A stretch of 64,000 nt of DNA from Lachnospiraceae bacterium (GTDB lineage Bacteria; Bacillota; Clostridia; Lachnospirales; Lachnospiraceae), in contig JAEEXY010000007.1 of NCBI GenBank assembly GCA_016288005.1, positions 7,444 through 71,443 on the forward strand, written 5' to 3'. The notes under the pieces are model-generated. The model had not been told where the DNA came from, ran no database searches, and saw only the letters and a list, made by a program, of their open reading frames with translations. Below are positions 19,178 through 29,467 of this stretch, piece after piece. A program made the translations under genes and the position numbers. Positions within the stretch are counted from its first letter, which is position 1. Each line of letters begins with the position of its first letter.

Positions 19178-19693
19178 ATGATCGGAAACGGCTTATATAC
19201 TGAGACTTACGTAAAGAGAAAGGTTACGCCGGGAGCTATGCTCGCAAAGGGAGCGATGCTGTTCCTCGGCATTGTCCTGATGCTCGGAGGCATGCTCTTT
19301 TTAGGGAGCGGACTGCTGGCATTCTTAGGTGTTGCGGTGCTGATCGCGTTCTACTTTGTCAATCCCATGTTCAATATTGACTGGGAGTACATCTTCTGCG
19401 ACGGCCAGATCGATTTTGACCGCATCAGCGGCGGCGAGAGGCGCAAGAACATGCTCAGGATCGACATCGACAACATCGACGTTATGGCTCCGGAGCATTC
19501 TCACGAGCTCGACAGCTACAACCACCAGCAGAACCTCACGGTAAAGGATTTCACCTCAAAGACCGGTGAGGGCAAGGTTTACTGCATCTTCGTCAGCAAG
19601 GACGGACAGCGCATGAAGATCATGTTCGAGCCCTCGGAGACCATGGTTGATTATTGTAAGCAAAAGGGTATGAGAAAAGTATTTACAATGTAA
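19178..19693 (+). CDS. Hypothetical membrane protein (two predicted TM helices)
   Basis: GGAG RBS and a hydrophobic pair at residues ~20-65. No function recognised. Confidence 0.6.
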   Translation: MIGNGLYTETYVKRKVTPGAMLAKGAMLFLGIVLMLGGMLFLGSGLLAFLGVAVLIAFYFVNPMFNIDWEYIFCDGQIDFDRISGGERRKNMLRIDIDNIDVMAPEHSHELDSYNHQQNLTVKDFTSKTGEGKVYCIFVSKDGQRMKIMFEPSETMVDYCKQKGMRKVFTM

Positions 19694-19746
19694 ACAATAG
19701 GGAGAAGCGTTCCGGGCGGCGGTCCGGGATGCGGAATGGAGGAAAA

Positions 19747-22371
19747 ATGAAAAAATTCTTTAAGGTGCTTGCGATCGCTCTGGCAATGATACTTACCGCG
19801 TCGCTCGCACAGCCTGTCAGCGCCGAAGCTGCGGCCACGCCCAAGCTCAACACCAAGAAAAAGACCGTGTTCGTGGGCGGCAGCAGCGTCTATGCCAAGT
19901 ACGGAAAGGGCTATATCACCCTCAAGGTGAATAACCGTCCCAAGAGATACTCTGTTTCCTGGACCAGCTCCGATTCCGACGTGATCAAGATCGAGCCTCT
20001 CGGCAAGTACAGATGCACGGTTACCGCGCTTATGCCCGGTACCGCCGTAGTTACCGCAGAAGTGATCGATAAGTCCAAGACACCCAACACCAAGTACACC
20101 CTGACCTCAAAGATCACAGTCAAGGCAAACTGCGCGGCGGTCGATATCACCCCTTCGACGGTCGATGAGCTCGAGATCGGCGAGACCGTTCAGCTGAACG
20201 GCTCCATGTACAATAAAGCGGGCAAGACCCTGATCAAGGGCGTTACCGTTACCGATACGATCAGATGGATCTCGAGTGATGACAGCGTTGCCACCGTCAG
20301 CGACAAGGGCCTTGTTAAGGCTGTGGGCGAGGGTACCGCTACGATCACATGCTATACCGTTCAGGCAACCAGCGGAACATACTCGAAGTTCTCGAAGGCT
20401 ACCGCCAAGGATACCGTTACCGTCAAGGTTAAGCATGTTGAGACGGCCATCGAGTCCGTACAGCAGAAATCCTTAAAGACAGTCAATGTTTCTTTCGGAA
20501 AGGATTATTCGGAGATTCTTAAGGCCGAGAACATTAAGATATTCAGAGGCGCGAGCGAGGTTGAGGTATCAAAGGTCGAGTTCGCGAAGAACGGTCTGAG
20601 CGCGCTCGTTACCACCAAGAACGAGCTCTCGGCATCGACCGATTATACGGTTCAGGTTAGCGGCACGACCGCTACCGAGGGTCTGACAGCCACATTTAAG
20701 ACCAGTAACGGCGTTCCCGCGTCGATGAGCCTCTACACGGATATTTCGGGCAATCTCGTTATCGCGGCACAGGTTTCTAACCTGTACTTCAGACTCTACG
20801 ATGCGAACGGCATCGATATCACGCCTACCGACAGGAAATCATCGGCATACCAGAACTACGCAAACTACGTTACCTGCAAGGCAGCGGATAATTCCAGCGT
20901 AGTCAGCTATGTGAGCGGCAATACCGTGATGATCTACGAGGAAGGCAAGAGCATCAACATCAACGGCTACTACAACAATTACAAGGGTACTTCCTTCTCG
21001 TGCACCGCTACGGTTACCGCGGTCAGCGAGGCGGCTACGATGTCGCTCGTTGCCACGACCGTGACCAAGTCGGCAAAGGCGGCTGCGGATCTCGACTGGG
21101 AGCACACCAACGATAAGCTTTCATCTTCCGATTACACTGCGGGCTACAAGCTTGTGGCAAAGGTTAAGAAGGCAGACGGCAGCTTCATCTACTCGGATGC
21201 CATCGGCACGAAGATCAGCTTCGCCATCCCCGACAACTACACTCCCAAGGCTGTATTCTGCGACCATAACGGAGTGCTGCGTCCTTTCCAGACCGGCGCG
21301 GATGTGCTGGTGGTTAAGTACAATGACGTCGTTATCGGTTCGGCTACGGTTATCGTCGGAGAGGCCAGGATCCCTACGACGGTTAAGGTACTGGTGGACG
21401 GCGTTGAGGCCAATACCGTGACGCTTTCCGATTCCACGGCATCGAATCCCACTCTTTCGGTAGCGGTTTACGACAATTACAACGAGCTCTGGTCAGAGGC
21501 CAATGCCGGCGAGCTTACGCTTACCTGTACCGCGGCTTCCGCGCCTGTTGTTTATCCTTCGACCGTTAAGTCGGACGGCATCATCGAGCTGAGCATGTTC
21601 GCGTACGGCTCGGGCAGCATCTCGGGTAATGCTTACACCTATCTCGTTAACTATGAGCACGGCAATGTTAAGACCGCCACATCGTTCACGATGATGGTAT
21701 TCAAGCCCAACGAAAACCTGCAGACCACCTACAGGGCTGTTGTGAGCGGTGACACCGATATGGTCGTCAACTCCAACTTCGATACGACGAACGGCAAGAA
21801 TGTATATATCACATTTGTCGCATATAAGGGCAACGTTAGGTATCAGGATCTTATGCTTACCACCAAGGCAGCTGCGGGACTCGGCGATTACTACGCTGTA
21901 GTCAGAAACAGCAGCGGCACCGAGATGACGCTTACGACCTCGCTTAACAGCGCGGTATTCCCGATCGCAAAGGTTGAGGGCAGCACCATCACAAAGGCTG
22001 TTCCCGGCAACTACTCCTTCGTGATCTACCAGAAGGGCTCCGGCACCACTGACGCGCCTAAGGCGTCCGGATCGTTCGTTATCAAGGATTCCCAGGAGGG
22101 TGCTACCTACGAGCAGACCTATACCACCACGCTGTTCCCGCTTTCCTCGACCACGACGCAGAGCATCGCGGATTCGATCCTGGCACAGTGCTTCAATCTC
22201 TCGTTCAACGGAACTGCGGCATCGGGCAAGGTAACGAACTTTATCGCCGGCAGCGGATACATCTACATCAGGACCGTATCCGTAACGGGTACGATCACCA
22301 TAGGCAACGTACCTTATACGATCGAGGTACCGATCGAGATCAATAAGGTAGTACAGTCCACAACCCATTAA
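19747..22371 (+). CDS. Secreted multi-domain protein with bacterial Ig-like (Big_2-type) repeats
   Basis: Signal peptide MKKFFKVLAIALAMILTASLAQPVSAEA. Repeated segments of type V..G.T..L......V.W.SSD..VA.V...G.V.A...GTA.IT. ATG at 19747 follows GGAGG. Confidence 0.7.
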   Translation: MKKFFKVLAIALAMILTASLAQPVSAEAAATPKLNTKKKTVFVGGSSVYAKYGKGYITLKVNNRPKRYSVSWTSSDSDVIKIEPLGKYRCTVTALMPGTAVVTAEVIDKSKTPNTKYTLTSKITVKANCAAVDITPSTVDELEIGETVQLNGSMYNKAGKTLIKGVTVTDTIRWISSDDSVATVSDKGLVKAVGEGTATITCYTVQATSGTYSKFSKATAKDTVTVKVKHVETAIESVQQKSLKTVNVSFGKDYSEILKAENIKIFRGASEVEVSKVEFAKNGLSALVTTKNELSASTDYTVQVSGTTATEGLTATFKTSNGVPASMSLYTDISGNLVIAAQVSNLYFRLYDANGIDITPTDRKSSAYQNYANYVTCKAADNSSVVSYVSGNTVMIYEEGKSININGYYNNYKGTSFSCTATVTAVSEAATMSLVATTVTKSAKAAADLDWEHTNDKLSSSDYTAGYKLVAKVKKADGSFIYSDAIGTKISFAIPDNYTPKAVFCDHNGVLRPFQTGADVLVVKYNDVVIGSATVIVGEARIPTTVKVLVDGVEANTVTLSDSTASNPTLSVAVYDNYNELWSEANAGELTLTCTAASAPVVYPSTVKSDGIIELSMFAYGSGSISGNAYTYLVNYEHGNVKTATSFTMMVFKPNENLQTTYRAVVSGDTDMVVNSNFDTTNGKNVYITFVAYKGNVRYQDLMLTTKAAAGLGDYYAVVRNSSGTEMTLTTSLNSAVFPIAKVEGSTITKAVPGNYSFVIYQKGSGTTDAPKASGSFVIKDSQEGATYEQTYTTTLFPLSSTTTQSIADSILAQCFNLSFNGTAASGKVTNFIAGSGYIYIRTVSVTGTITIGNVPYTIEVPIEINKVVQSTTH

Positions 22372-22389
22372 ACAGACTACTTCAGCTTC

Positions 22390-22421
22390 GGGCAGAGGGT
22401 ATCAACCTTCTGCCCGATTTT
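22390..22421 (+). terminator. Intrinsic terminator
   Basis: GGGCAGAGGG / CCTTCTGCCC (one G-U pair) followed by GATTTT. Confidence 0.65.
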
Positions 22422-22448
22422 AGAGTCTGCTAAATGTTTTTTGGGGGA

Positions 22449-22476
22449 TTGACGCGTCAATTTACGGTGTGATAAC
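22449..22476 (+). promoter_or_regulatory. Candidate promoter of the pyr gene block
   Basis: TTGACG (22449-22454), 16 nt, TGtGATAAC extended -10 (22468-22476). Confidence 0.35.
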
Positions 22477-22514
22477 ATTTATGCAAATGCAGATTTCTTA
22501 ATGAGGAGAACCTT

Positions 22515-23837
22515 ATGCAGACTTTATTACGCGGAGGAATGGTGTTCGACGGAACCGGCTTTAAGCACTCGGATATTCTGATCCGTGACGGTATTATCTC
22601 CTCTGTTGCTGCAGCGGGGGACGGACTGACGGGCAAGTGTTCGGGACTCTCATCCTCTGCAGACAGCATCATAAATGTAAATAACAGGTATATTTTTCCC
22701 GGTTTTGTGGATGTCCATGTACATTTTCGCGAGCCGGGATTTACTTATAAAGAGGACATTGCGACGGGCAGCGCTTCGGCCGCGGCCGGAGGATACACGG
22801 ATGTGTGCGCCATGCCCAATCTGAACCCGGTTCCGGACAGCCCTGAGAAGCTGGCCGTCGAGCTGGAGGCGATCAAAGAAAAGGCGCAGATACATGTGCA
22901 TCCTTACGGCAGTCTCACTGTCGACGAAAAAGGAGAACGCCTGTCGGAGATAGAGGCCATGGCACCCGATGTGATCGCTTTTTCGGATGACGGCAGAGGG
23001 CTCGCGGGCGACAGCCTCATGCGGGAGGCCATGGAGCGCGTAAAGGCGTGCGGCAGGCTGATCGCCGCGCACTGCGAGGATATGACCGTGATAGGCGGCG
23101 CGCATGTGCACGACGGCGCTGTGGCAGGCAGGCTCGGAATAAAGGGCATCACCTCTGAGAGCGAATGGAAGATGGTCGAGCGGGATGTGAGACTGGCGGC
23201 GGAAACAGGCTGTCCTTACCATGTCTGCCATGTATCGACAAAGGAGTCGGTAGAGATCATCAGGCGTGCGAAGGCGGAGGGAGTCAATGTGACCTGCGAG
23301 ACGGGGCCTCACTACCTGCTGCTCGATGAGAACGACATCATAAAGGCGATGGAAAAAGAAACGCCCGGTGAGCTCGGAAGATTCAAGATGAATCCTCCCT
23401 TAAGAAGCCGCGAGGACCGCGAGGCACTGATCGCGGGACTGCTGGACGGCACAATAGATATGATCGCCACGGATCACGCGCCTCATTCCTCCGAGGAAAA
23501 GGCAAAGGGACTGCTCGGAGCGCCGATGGGAGTGGTCGGACTCGAGTGCGCGTTCCCGGTGCTTCACGCCGGACTGGTCCGCACAGGGATCATAAGCCTT
23601 GAACGGCTGGTATCTCTGATGAGCACGATCCCCGCAAGGAGATTCGGGATCGAAGCGGGCATCAGGGAAGGCGCGGAGGCAAAGCTCTGTGTATACGATC
23701 TGGATGATGATTACTGCATCAGCCCCGACACATTCATGTCAAAGGGCAGATATACGCCGTTCGACGGCAGCAGGGTATATGCGCGCTGCCTGATGACGGT
23801 CTGCGGCAAAGAGACCGTGTGGACATCGAAGATATAG
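22515..23837 (+). CDS. pyrC: Dihydroorotase
   Basis: FPGFVDVHVHFREPGF...GGYTDVCAMPN and DHAPH motifs of the amidohydrolase superfamily. Confidence 0.93.
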   Translation: MQTLLRGGMVFDGTGFKHSDILIRDGIISSVAAAGDGLTGKCSGLSSSADSIINVNNRYIFPGFVDVHVHFREPGFTYKEDIATGSASAAAGGYTDVCAMPNLNPVPDSPEKLAVELEAIKEKAQIHVHPYGSLTVDEKGERLSEIEAMAPDVIAFSDDGRGLAGDSLMREAMERVKACGRLIAAHCEDMTVIGGAHVHDGAVAGRLGIKGITSESEWKMVERDVRLAAETGCPYHVCHVSTKESVEIIRRAKAEGVNVTCETGPHYLLLDENDIIKAMEKETPGELGRFKMNPPLRSREDREALIAGLLDGTIDMIATDHAPHSSEEKAKGLLGAPMGVVGLECAFPVLHAGLVRTGIISLERLVSLMSTIPARRFGIEAGIREGAEAKLCVYDLDDDYCISPDTFMSKGRYTPFDGSRVYARCLMTVCGKETVWTSKI

Positions 23838-23864
23838 GTGCCGGGCACCGAAGAAGGATAGGTT

Positions 23865-24683
23865 ATGACGGAAGAGATCTTTACATTACTGAGGAATGAC
23901 GCGATCGCGCAGGATGTTTACAAGGCCGTACTTAAGGGCAACACCTCGCAGATCACGGTCCCGGGACAGTTTGTCAATATTAAGCTTGACGGGTTTTTCT
24001 TAAGGCGCCCTATCTCGGTCTGCGACGTTAAGCCGCCGTTTATGGGCGATGAGGGCGAACTGACGCTGATATACAAAACAGTCGGCAAAGGCACCGATGC
24101 CATGAGCCGCATGGCTGCGGGCGAAAAAATGAATATCCTGACCGGACTCGGCCACGGCTTTGATGTGAGCGCCTCGGGCAAGAGGCCGCTCTTAGTCGGC
24201 GGAGGAGTCGGAACACCTCCGATGTACGGTCTGGCCAAAAAGCTCGTGCACGCGGGCAGGTCGGTCGATGTGATACTCGGCTTCAACACCGCAGGTGATG
24301 TTTTTCTGGCCGATGAATTTGAAGCCCTGAACGATCTCTACGAGTTCGGCTGCGAGGGTTTTGAGGGCGCTAAGCCCGAAGTCAGGGTGTACGTTGCCAC
24401 GGTGAGCGGAGAGACAGGCACGAAGGGCTTTGTGACCGACTGCCTGGGTAAGATAGACGAATGCACGCATTATTACGCATGCGGCCCCATCCCGATGCTG
24501 AAAGCGCTGAAAGCCGCCATGGCTGAGGCTTTTCCGGGGATCGGCGGCGAGCTCAGCCTCGAGGAGCGCATGGGTTGCGGTTTCGGAGCGTGCGTCGGAT
24601 GCTCTGTGGAGACGGCGTCGGGATTTAAAAAGGTCTGCACGGACGGACCCGTTTTCCCGGCGGATGAAGTGTTCGTCAACTGA
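23865..24683 (+). CDS. pyrK: Dihydroorotate dehydrogenase B, electron-transfer subunit
   Basis: FAD/NAD-binding ferredoxin-reductase fold with a C-terminal 2Fe-2S cysteine cluster CGFGACVGC...C. Sits upstream of pyrD. Confidence 0.9.
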   Translation: MTEEIFTLLRNDAIAQDVYKAVLKGNTSQITVPGQFVNIKLDGFFLRRPISVCDVKPPFMGDEGELTLIYKTVGKGTDAMSRMAAGEKMNILTGLGHGFDVSASGKRPLLVGGGVGTPPMYGLAKKLVHAGRSVDVILGFNTAGDVFLADEFEALNDLYEFGCEGFEGAKPEVRVYVATVSGETGTKGFVTDCLGKIDECTHYYACGPIPMLKALKAAMAEAFPGIGGELSLEERMGCGFGACVGCSVETASGFKKVCTDGPVFPADEVFVN

Positions 24684-24758
24684 CGGGCGGCGAGAACCGG
24701 AAAACAGATAAAGGGCGGATGCGCGGTCAGACAGGACCGCATTACAGAAAGGCATGAC

Positions 24759-25673
24759 ATGGCGGATATAAGGACACGGCTGGGAGACCGGGAGCTGGAC
24801 AATCCCATCATCCCCGCGAGCGGAACCTTCGGTTTCGGAGCTGAGTTTTCCAAGCTTTATGACATAAATATACTTGGCTCGCTCTCGTTTAAGGGAACGA
24901 CCAAAGACGCGCGTTTCGGCAATCCCACACCGAGGATCGCCGAGTGCACCGGGGGCATGATCAACTCGGTCGGCCTGGCCAATCCCGGGATAGATAAAGT
25001 TATAGCGAAGGAGCTGCCCGCGCTGCGCAGCATTTATAAAAAGCCGGTGATCGCCAATATCAGCGGATTCTCTATAGATGAGTACAAATACTGCTGTGAG
25101 AGGATCGACCGCGAAGAGGGCATAGGCATAATCGAGGTAAATATCAGCTGCCCGAATGTGCACGCGGGAGGCATGGCGTTCGGAACATCTCCCGAGGCTG
25201 CGGCAGAGGTGACGAGAGCCGTTAAATCGGTCACTACAAAGCCCGTATACATGAAGCTTTCACCGAACGTGACGAATATAGCGGAGATCGCGAAGGCCTG
25301 CGAGGCAGCGGGCGCGGACGGCATAGCCCTTATCAACACGCTGCTCGGGATGCGGATCGACATAAAGAGGCGTAAGCCCGTTGTTGCCAATAAGATGGGT
25401 GGTTTTTCGGGACCTGCGATATTCCCGGTGGCCGTGCGCATGGTATACCAGGTTTACGAAGCGGTAAATATCCCGATCATAGGCATGGGCGGCATAGCGT
25501 CTGCGGACGATGTGATAGAGATGATGATGGCCGGCGCTTCGGCGGTTGAGATCGGAGCGATGAACCTGACGGATCCTTATATCTGCCCGAGGATCATCGA
25601 AGAGCTGCCGCAGCTCTGTGAAAAACTCGGAATCGAAAGGATCACGGACATTATCGGAGCGGCGCATAATTAA
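24759..25673 (+). CDS. pyrD: Dihydroorotate dehydrogenase B, catalytic subunit
   Basis: NPIIPASGTFGFG...NSVGLANPG...EVNISCPN class 1B signature. Confidence 0.95.
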   Translation: MADIRTRLGDRELDNPIIPASGTFGFGAEFSKLYDINILGSLSFKGTTKDARFGNPTPRIAECTGGMINSVGLANPGIDKVIAKELPALRSIYKKPVIANISGFSIDEYKYCCERIDREEGIGIIEVNISCPNVHAGGMAFGTSPEAAAEVTRAVKSVTTKPVYMKLSPNVTNIAEIAKACEAAGADGIALINTLLGMRIDIKRRKPVVANKMGGFSGPAIFPVAVRMVYQVYEAVNIPIIGMGGIASADDVIEMMMAGASAVEIGAMNLTDPYICPRIIEELPQLCEKLGIERITDIIGAAHN

Positions 25674-25738
25674 CAGAATGGCAAGCAGAACTGCGCGAAG
25701 CGCAGACTGTGAGTGCCCGTAATGAAATGGAGGCAAAT

Positions 25739-26437
25739 ATGGGAAGAGACGTTATCATTGCATGCGATTTTGCGAGCGGAAAGGATACGCTTGCTTTTCT
25801 TGACAGATTCACGGGCAAAAAGCCTTTTGTCAAGATCGGCATGGAGCTGTTCTACGCGGAAGGACCGCAGATAGTAAAGGATATCAAGGCGCGCGGCCAC
25901 AAGATATTCCTCGATCTGAAGCTCCACGACATACCCAATACGGTGAAAAAGGCCATGGCGGTGCTCTCAAGGCTTGATGTGGACATGTGCAATCTCCATG
26001 CGGCGGGAACAAAGGCCATGATGGAGGCGGCGCTCGAGGGACTCACGAGGCCCGACGGTACCAGACCGCTGCTCATAGCGGTAACCCAGCTTACCTCAAC
26101 GGATGAGCAGAGGATGAAGGAGGAGCTGCTGATCGACGCGAGCCTGCCCGATACGGTCATGCATTACGCGGAAAACGCGAAGGCGGCGAGACTCGACGGA
26201 GTAGTATGTTCTCCTCTCGAAGCGGCGATAGTTAAAGAACACTGCGGAAAAGGCTTTGTCACGGTCACACCCGGTGTGCGTTTCTCTGACAGCGCTAAGG
26301 ACGACCAGGCGAGGATAACGACACCCGCAAAGGCAAAAGAGATCGGTTCGGACTACATCGTGGTCGGGCGCCCGATCACACAGGCAGAGGACCCGGTTGC
26401 GGCATATGAGCGCTGCGTAAAGGAGTTCTGCGACTAA
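25739..26437 (+). CDS. pyrF: Orotidine 5'-phosphate decarboxylase
   Basis: VIIACDF...FVKIGMELF...IFLDLKLHDIPNT. I prefer the ATG at 25739 after GGAGG over the GTG at 25709. Confidence 0.93.
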   Translation: MGRDVIIACDFASGKDTLAFLDRFTGKKPFVKIGMELFYAEGPQIVKDIKARGHKIFLDLKLHDIPNTVKKAMAVLSRLDVDMCNLHAAGTKAMMEAALEGLTRPDGTRPLLIAVTQLTSTDEQRMKEELLIDASLPDTVMHYAENAKAARLDGVVCSPLEAAIVKEHCGKGFVTVTPGVRFSDSAKDDQARITTPAKAKEIGSDYIVVGRPITQAEDPVAAYERCVKEFCD

Positions 26438-26497
26438 ACACGATAAAGGTCGGTCATACGGCAGGCAGAAATATAAAACAGGATCAGGAGGAAGAAT

Positions 26498-27124
26498 ATG
26501 ACAAGGGAAGAAAGACAGATTGCGGTTGCGCAGGGATTGCTCAGGATCAAAGCGGTATTTTTCAGACCCGACGATCCGTTCACATGGGCGAGCGGCATAA
26601 AGAGCCCCGTTTACTGCGACAACAGACTGATACTCACGGCGCCTGAGGTACGCGACCTCGTGGAAAACCAGATCGCCGAAACGGTTAAGGAGGAGTATCC
26701 CGGATGCGAAGTCCTGATGGGCACGAGCACGGCAGGCATAGCGCATGCGGCCATCGCGGGACACATCCTCGGCATGCCGATGGGCTATGTAAGGAGCGGC
26801 GCGAAGGATCACGGCAGACAGAACAGGATAGAGGGAAAACTCGAGAAGGGTCAGAAGGTCGTAGTCATCGAGGATCTGATCTCGACAGGCGGCAGCGTTA
26901 TCGAGGTAGTCGACGCTCTGCGTGAGGAAGGAGCCGAGGTGCTCGGCATCGTGAGCATATTCACATACGGCATCGGAAAGGGCTTAAAGCGTCTCGAAGA
27001 GGCAAATGTCAGAAACGTCAGCCTCACCAACTTTGATGTCATCGCAAAGGAAGCCGCGGCACAGGGCTATGTAAAGGAAAGCGACATCGAAGGCCTGATC
27101 GCGTTCCGCAACTCGCTCGGGTAA
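26498..27124 (+). CDS. pyrE: Orotate phosphoribosyltransferase
   Basis: FTWASGIKSPVYCDNR and the PRPP-binding VVVIEDLISTGGS motif. Confidence 0.93.
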   Translation: MTREERQIAVAQGLLRIKAVFFRPDDPFTWASGIKSPVYCDNRLILTAPEVRDLVENQIAETVKEEYPGCEVLMGTSTAGIAHAAIAGHILGMPMGYVRSGAKDHGRQNRIEGKLEKGQKVVVIEDLISTGGSVIEVVDALREEGAEVLGIVSIFTYGIGKGLKRLEEANVRNVSLTNFDVIAKEAAAQGYVKESDIEGLIAFRNSLG

Positions 27125-27165
27125 GACAGTAAAGAATAAAAGATGGAGTGAAAGGATAAGGGACA

Positions 27166-28077
27166 ATGCAGAATCTTATAGATATTCTGGAACTTTCGAC
27201 GACGGAGATCGATGAGCTGATCGACCGCGCCAACGATATTATCGCGCATCCCGAGGAATACAGGGAAAAATGCAGATATAAAAAGCTTGCTACGCTGTTC
27301 TTCGAGCCCTCTACGAGAACGAGGCTCAGCTTTGAGGCGGCCATGCTCGATCTCGGAGGCTCGGTAATGGGCTTTTCCGAAGCGCAGTCGAGCTCCGCAG
27401 CCAAGGGCGAGAGCGTGGCGGATACCGTCCGCACGGTAGGCTGCTATGCGGATATCATCGCGATGCGCCATCCCAAGGAGGGCGCGCCGCTCGTTGCCTC
27501 GATGCATGCGGGAGTGCCGGTGATCAACGCGGGAGACGGCGGACACAATCATCCGACGCAGACACTTACCGACCTGCTTACGATCAAGAGAGAGAAAGGC
27601 CATTTCGACAATCTCACGATAGGCGTGTGCGGCGATCTGAAATTCGGACGCACCGTGCATTCGCTGATCCAGGCCATGTCGCGCTACGAGGGCATCAAAT
27701 TCGTGCTGATCTCTCCCGAGGAACTGAAACTCCCGAGCTATGTAAAGAACGACGCGATCAAGAAAAAGAATATTCCTTACGAGCAGACGACAGACCTTGT
27801 TTCGGTAATGCCCGAACTGGACATCCTCTACATGACCAGAGTTCAGCGTGAGCGCTTCTTCAACGAAGAGGATTACATCCGACTGAAGGACAGCTACATC
27901 TTAACGCCCGACAAGCTCACGAACGCCAAGCAGGACCTTACGATCATGCATCCGCTTCCCCGCGTAAACGAGATATCGGTTGCGATCGACGATGACCCTA
28001 GAGCCGCTTATTTCCGTCAGGTTAAGAACGGCAAGTTCATCAGGATGGCGCTGATACTTAAGCTGCTGGGCCTGTAA
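27166..28077 (+). CDS. pyrB: Aspartate carbamoyltransferase catalytic subunit
   Basis: [17 protein letters not shown] and HPLPR motifs. Confidence 0.95.
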   Translation: MQNLIDILELSTTEIDELIDRANDIIAHPEEYREKCRYKKLATLFFEPSTRTRLSFEAAMLDLGGSVMGFSEAQSSSAAKGESVADTVRTVGCYADIIAMRHPKEGAPLVASMHAGVPVINAGDGGHNHPTQTLTDLLTIKREKGHFDNLTIGVCGDLKFGRTVHSLIQAMSRYEGIKFVLISPEELKLPSYVKNDAIKKKNIPYEQTTDLVSVMPELDILYMTRVQRERFFNEEDYIRLKDSYILTPDKLTNAKQDLTIMHPLPRVNEISVAIDDDPRAAYFRQVKNGKFIRMALILKLLGL

Positions 28078-28164
28078 AAGGGCAGCCGCATCCGGCAGAC
28101 ACACGGTCACTGCTAAGACCGTCGGAGCGGATTCGTAAAAAGTAAGGATACAGGAGGAATTATT

Positions 28165-28590
28165 ATGAATATAGACGGAATCACAAACGGACTCGTTATC
28201 GACCATATCGAAGCGGGCAAGGGCATGGAACTGTACAATGCGCTCCACCTCGGCGATCTCGAGTGCTCTGTGGCCCTGATCAAAAACGTAGTCAGCCATA
28301 AGATGGGCAAAAAGGACATTATCAAGGTCGATGAGGTGATCGACGTCGACCTGAACGTTCTGGGCTTTATCGACCCCAATATCACCGTTAACACGATCAA
28401 GAACAATGAGATCGTGAGCAAGGCGCATATCGAGCTGCCCCAGAAGGTCACCAATATCATCAAGTGCAAGAATCCCCGCTGCATCACATCGGTGGAGCAG
28501 GAGCTGCCTCACGTGTTCAAACTCACGGACCCCGAGAAGCGCATTTACAGATGCATTTACTGTGAGACAAAGTACGAGGAAAAGCAGTAG
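28165..28590 (+). CDS. pyrI: Aspartate carbamoyltransferase regulatory subunit
   Basis: 141 aa, GLVIDHI... with a C-terminal zinc cluster CKNPRCIT...YRCIYCE. Confidence 0.92.
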   Translation: MNIDGITNGLVIDHIEAGKGMELYNALHLGDLECSVALIKNVVSHKMGKKDIIKVDEVIDVDLNVLGFIDPNITVNTIKNNEIVSKAHIELPQKVTNIIKCKNPRCITSVEQELPHVFKLTDPEKRIYRCIYCETKYEEKQ

Positions 28591-28666
28591 GTCTTTCGCG
28601 GCGCTGCCGCTTGAGATACAGAAGAAAAAGGAACGAAGTAAAGAAACGAAGTAAAAGGAGAAAGAA

Positions 28667-29425
28667 ATGGGTATCTACGACATCAGGACTTTTGCGGACA
28701 CCGTAAAGGGCAATTCTTACGTTGGCAGGGGAATTGTCGCGGGACTGTCCGCGGACGGCAAAAAGGCAGTGACTGCGTATTTCATTATGGGTCGCAGCAC
28801 GAACAGCAGAAACAGAGTGTTTGACGAGACAGAGGACGGGATCATCATCCATGCGTTCGACCCCGCCAAGCTCGAGGATCCGAGCCTCGTCATCTATTCA
28901 CCGGTACGCTGCATCAAAGACAGCATGATCGTAACGAACGGTGACCAGACCGATACAGTTTACGATTTCATGGATGCATATTATAAAAACGCTTCGGCCG
29001 ATCCCTCAATGGAAACTTTTCTGTTTGAAGCGGCACTGAACACCAGATGCTTTGAGCCCGATGCGCCCAACTACACACCCAGGATCAGCGCGGTCCTCAA
29101 TTTCGGCAAGGCAGGCTTTTCCTACAAGATGAATATCTGCAAGAGCGCGGATCCCGAGGGGACCGAATGCAACAGATACACTTATTCGTACGCGCCTCTC
29201 GCGGGTCTCGGACATTTCATCCACACCTACAACCATGACGGCAATCCGATCCCGACATTTACCGGAGAGCCCGAGAGAGTAGCGATCCCGGACGATATCG
29301 ATGCCTTTACCGACGAGATCTGGAATTCGCTCGACGCCGACAACAAGGTTTCGCTCTACGTATGCTGCCGCGATCTCGCAACCGGCAGCAGGCAGACCAG
29401 GATCATCAACAAGAACCGCGCATAA
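28667..29425 (+). CDS. IMP cyclohydrolase, PurO-like (archaeal type)
   Basis: YVGRGIVAGLS...YFIMGRSTNSRNR...DPSLVIYSP pattern of the stand-alone IMP cyclohydrolase found in Clostridia. Adjacent to the AICAR formyltransferase gene. Confidence 0.8.
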   Translation: MGIYDIRTFADTVKGNSYVGRGIVAGLSADGKKAVTAYFIMGRSTNSRNRVFDETEDGIIIHAFDPAKLEDPSLVIYSPVRCIKDSMIVTNGDQTDTVYDFMDAYYKNASADPSMETFLFEAALNTRCFEPDAPNYTPRISAVLNFGKAGFSYKMNICKSADPEGTECNRYTYSYAPLAGLGHFIHTYNHDGNPIPTFTGEPERVAIPDDIDAFTDEIWNSLDADNKVSLYVCCRDLATGSRQTRIINKNRA

Positions 29426-29467
29426 GACATTTTTACAGAATCAGGAAAAAGGAAGGAACGTAAAGAA

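Noticed and set aside
22372-22514. A PyrR-type attenuator or other leader structure upstream of pyrC.
   Set aside because: I found no ARUCCAGAGAGGYU-like binding loop and no terminator/antiterminator pair between the candidate promoter and the pyrC start. The only hairpin there is the terminator of the upstream gene.
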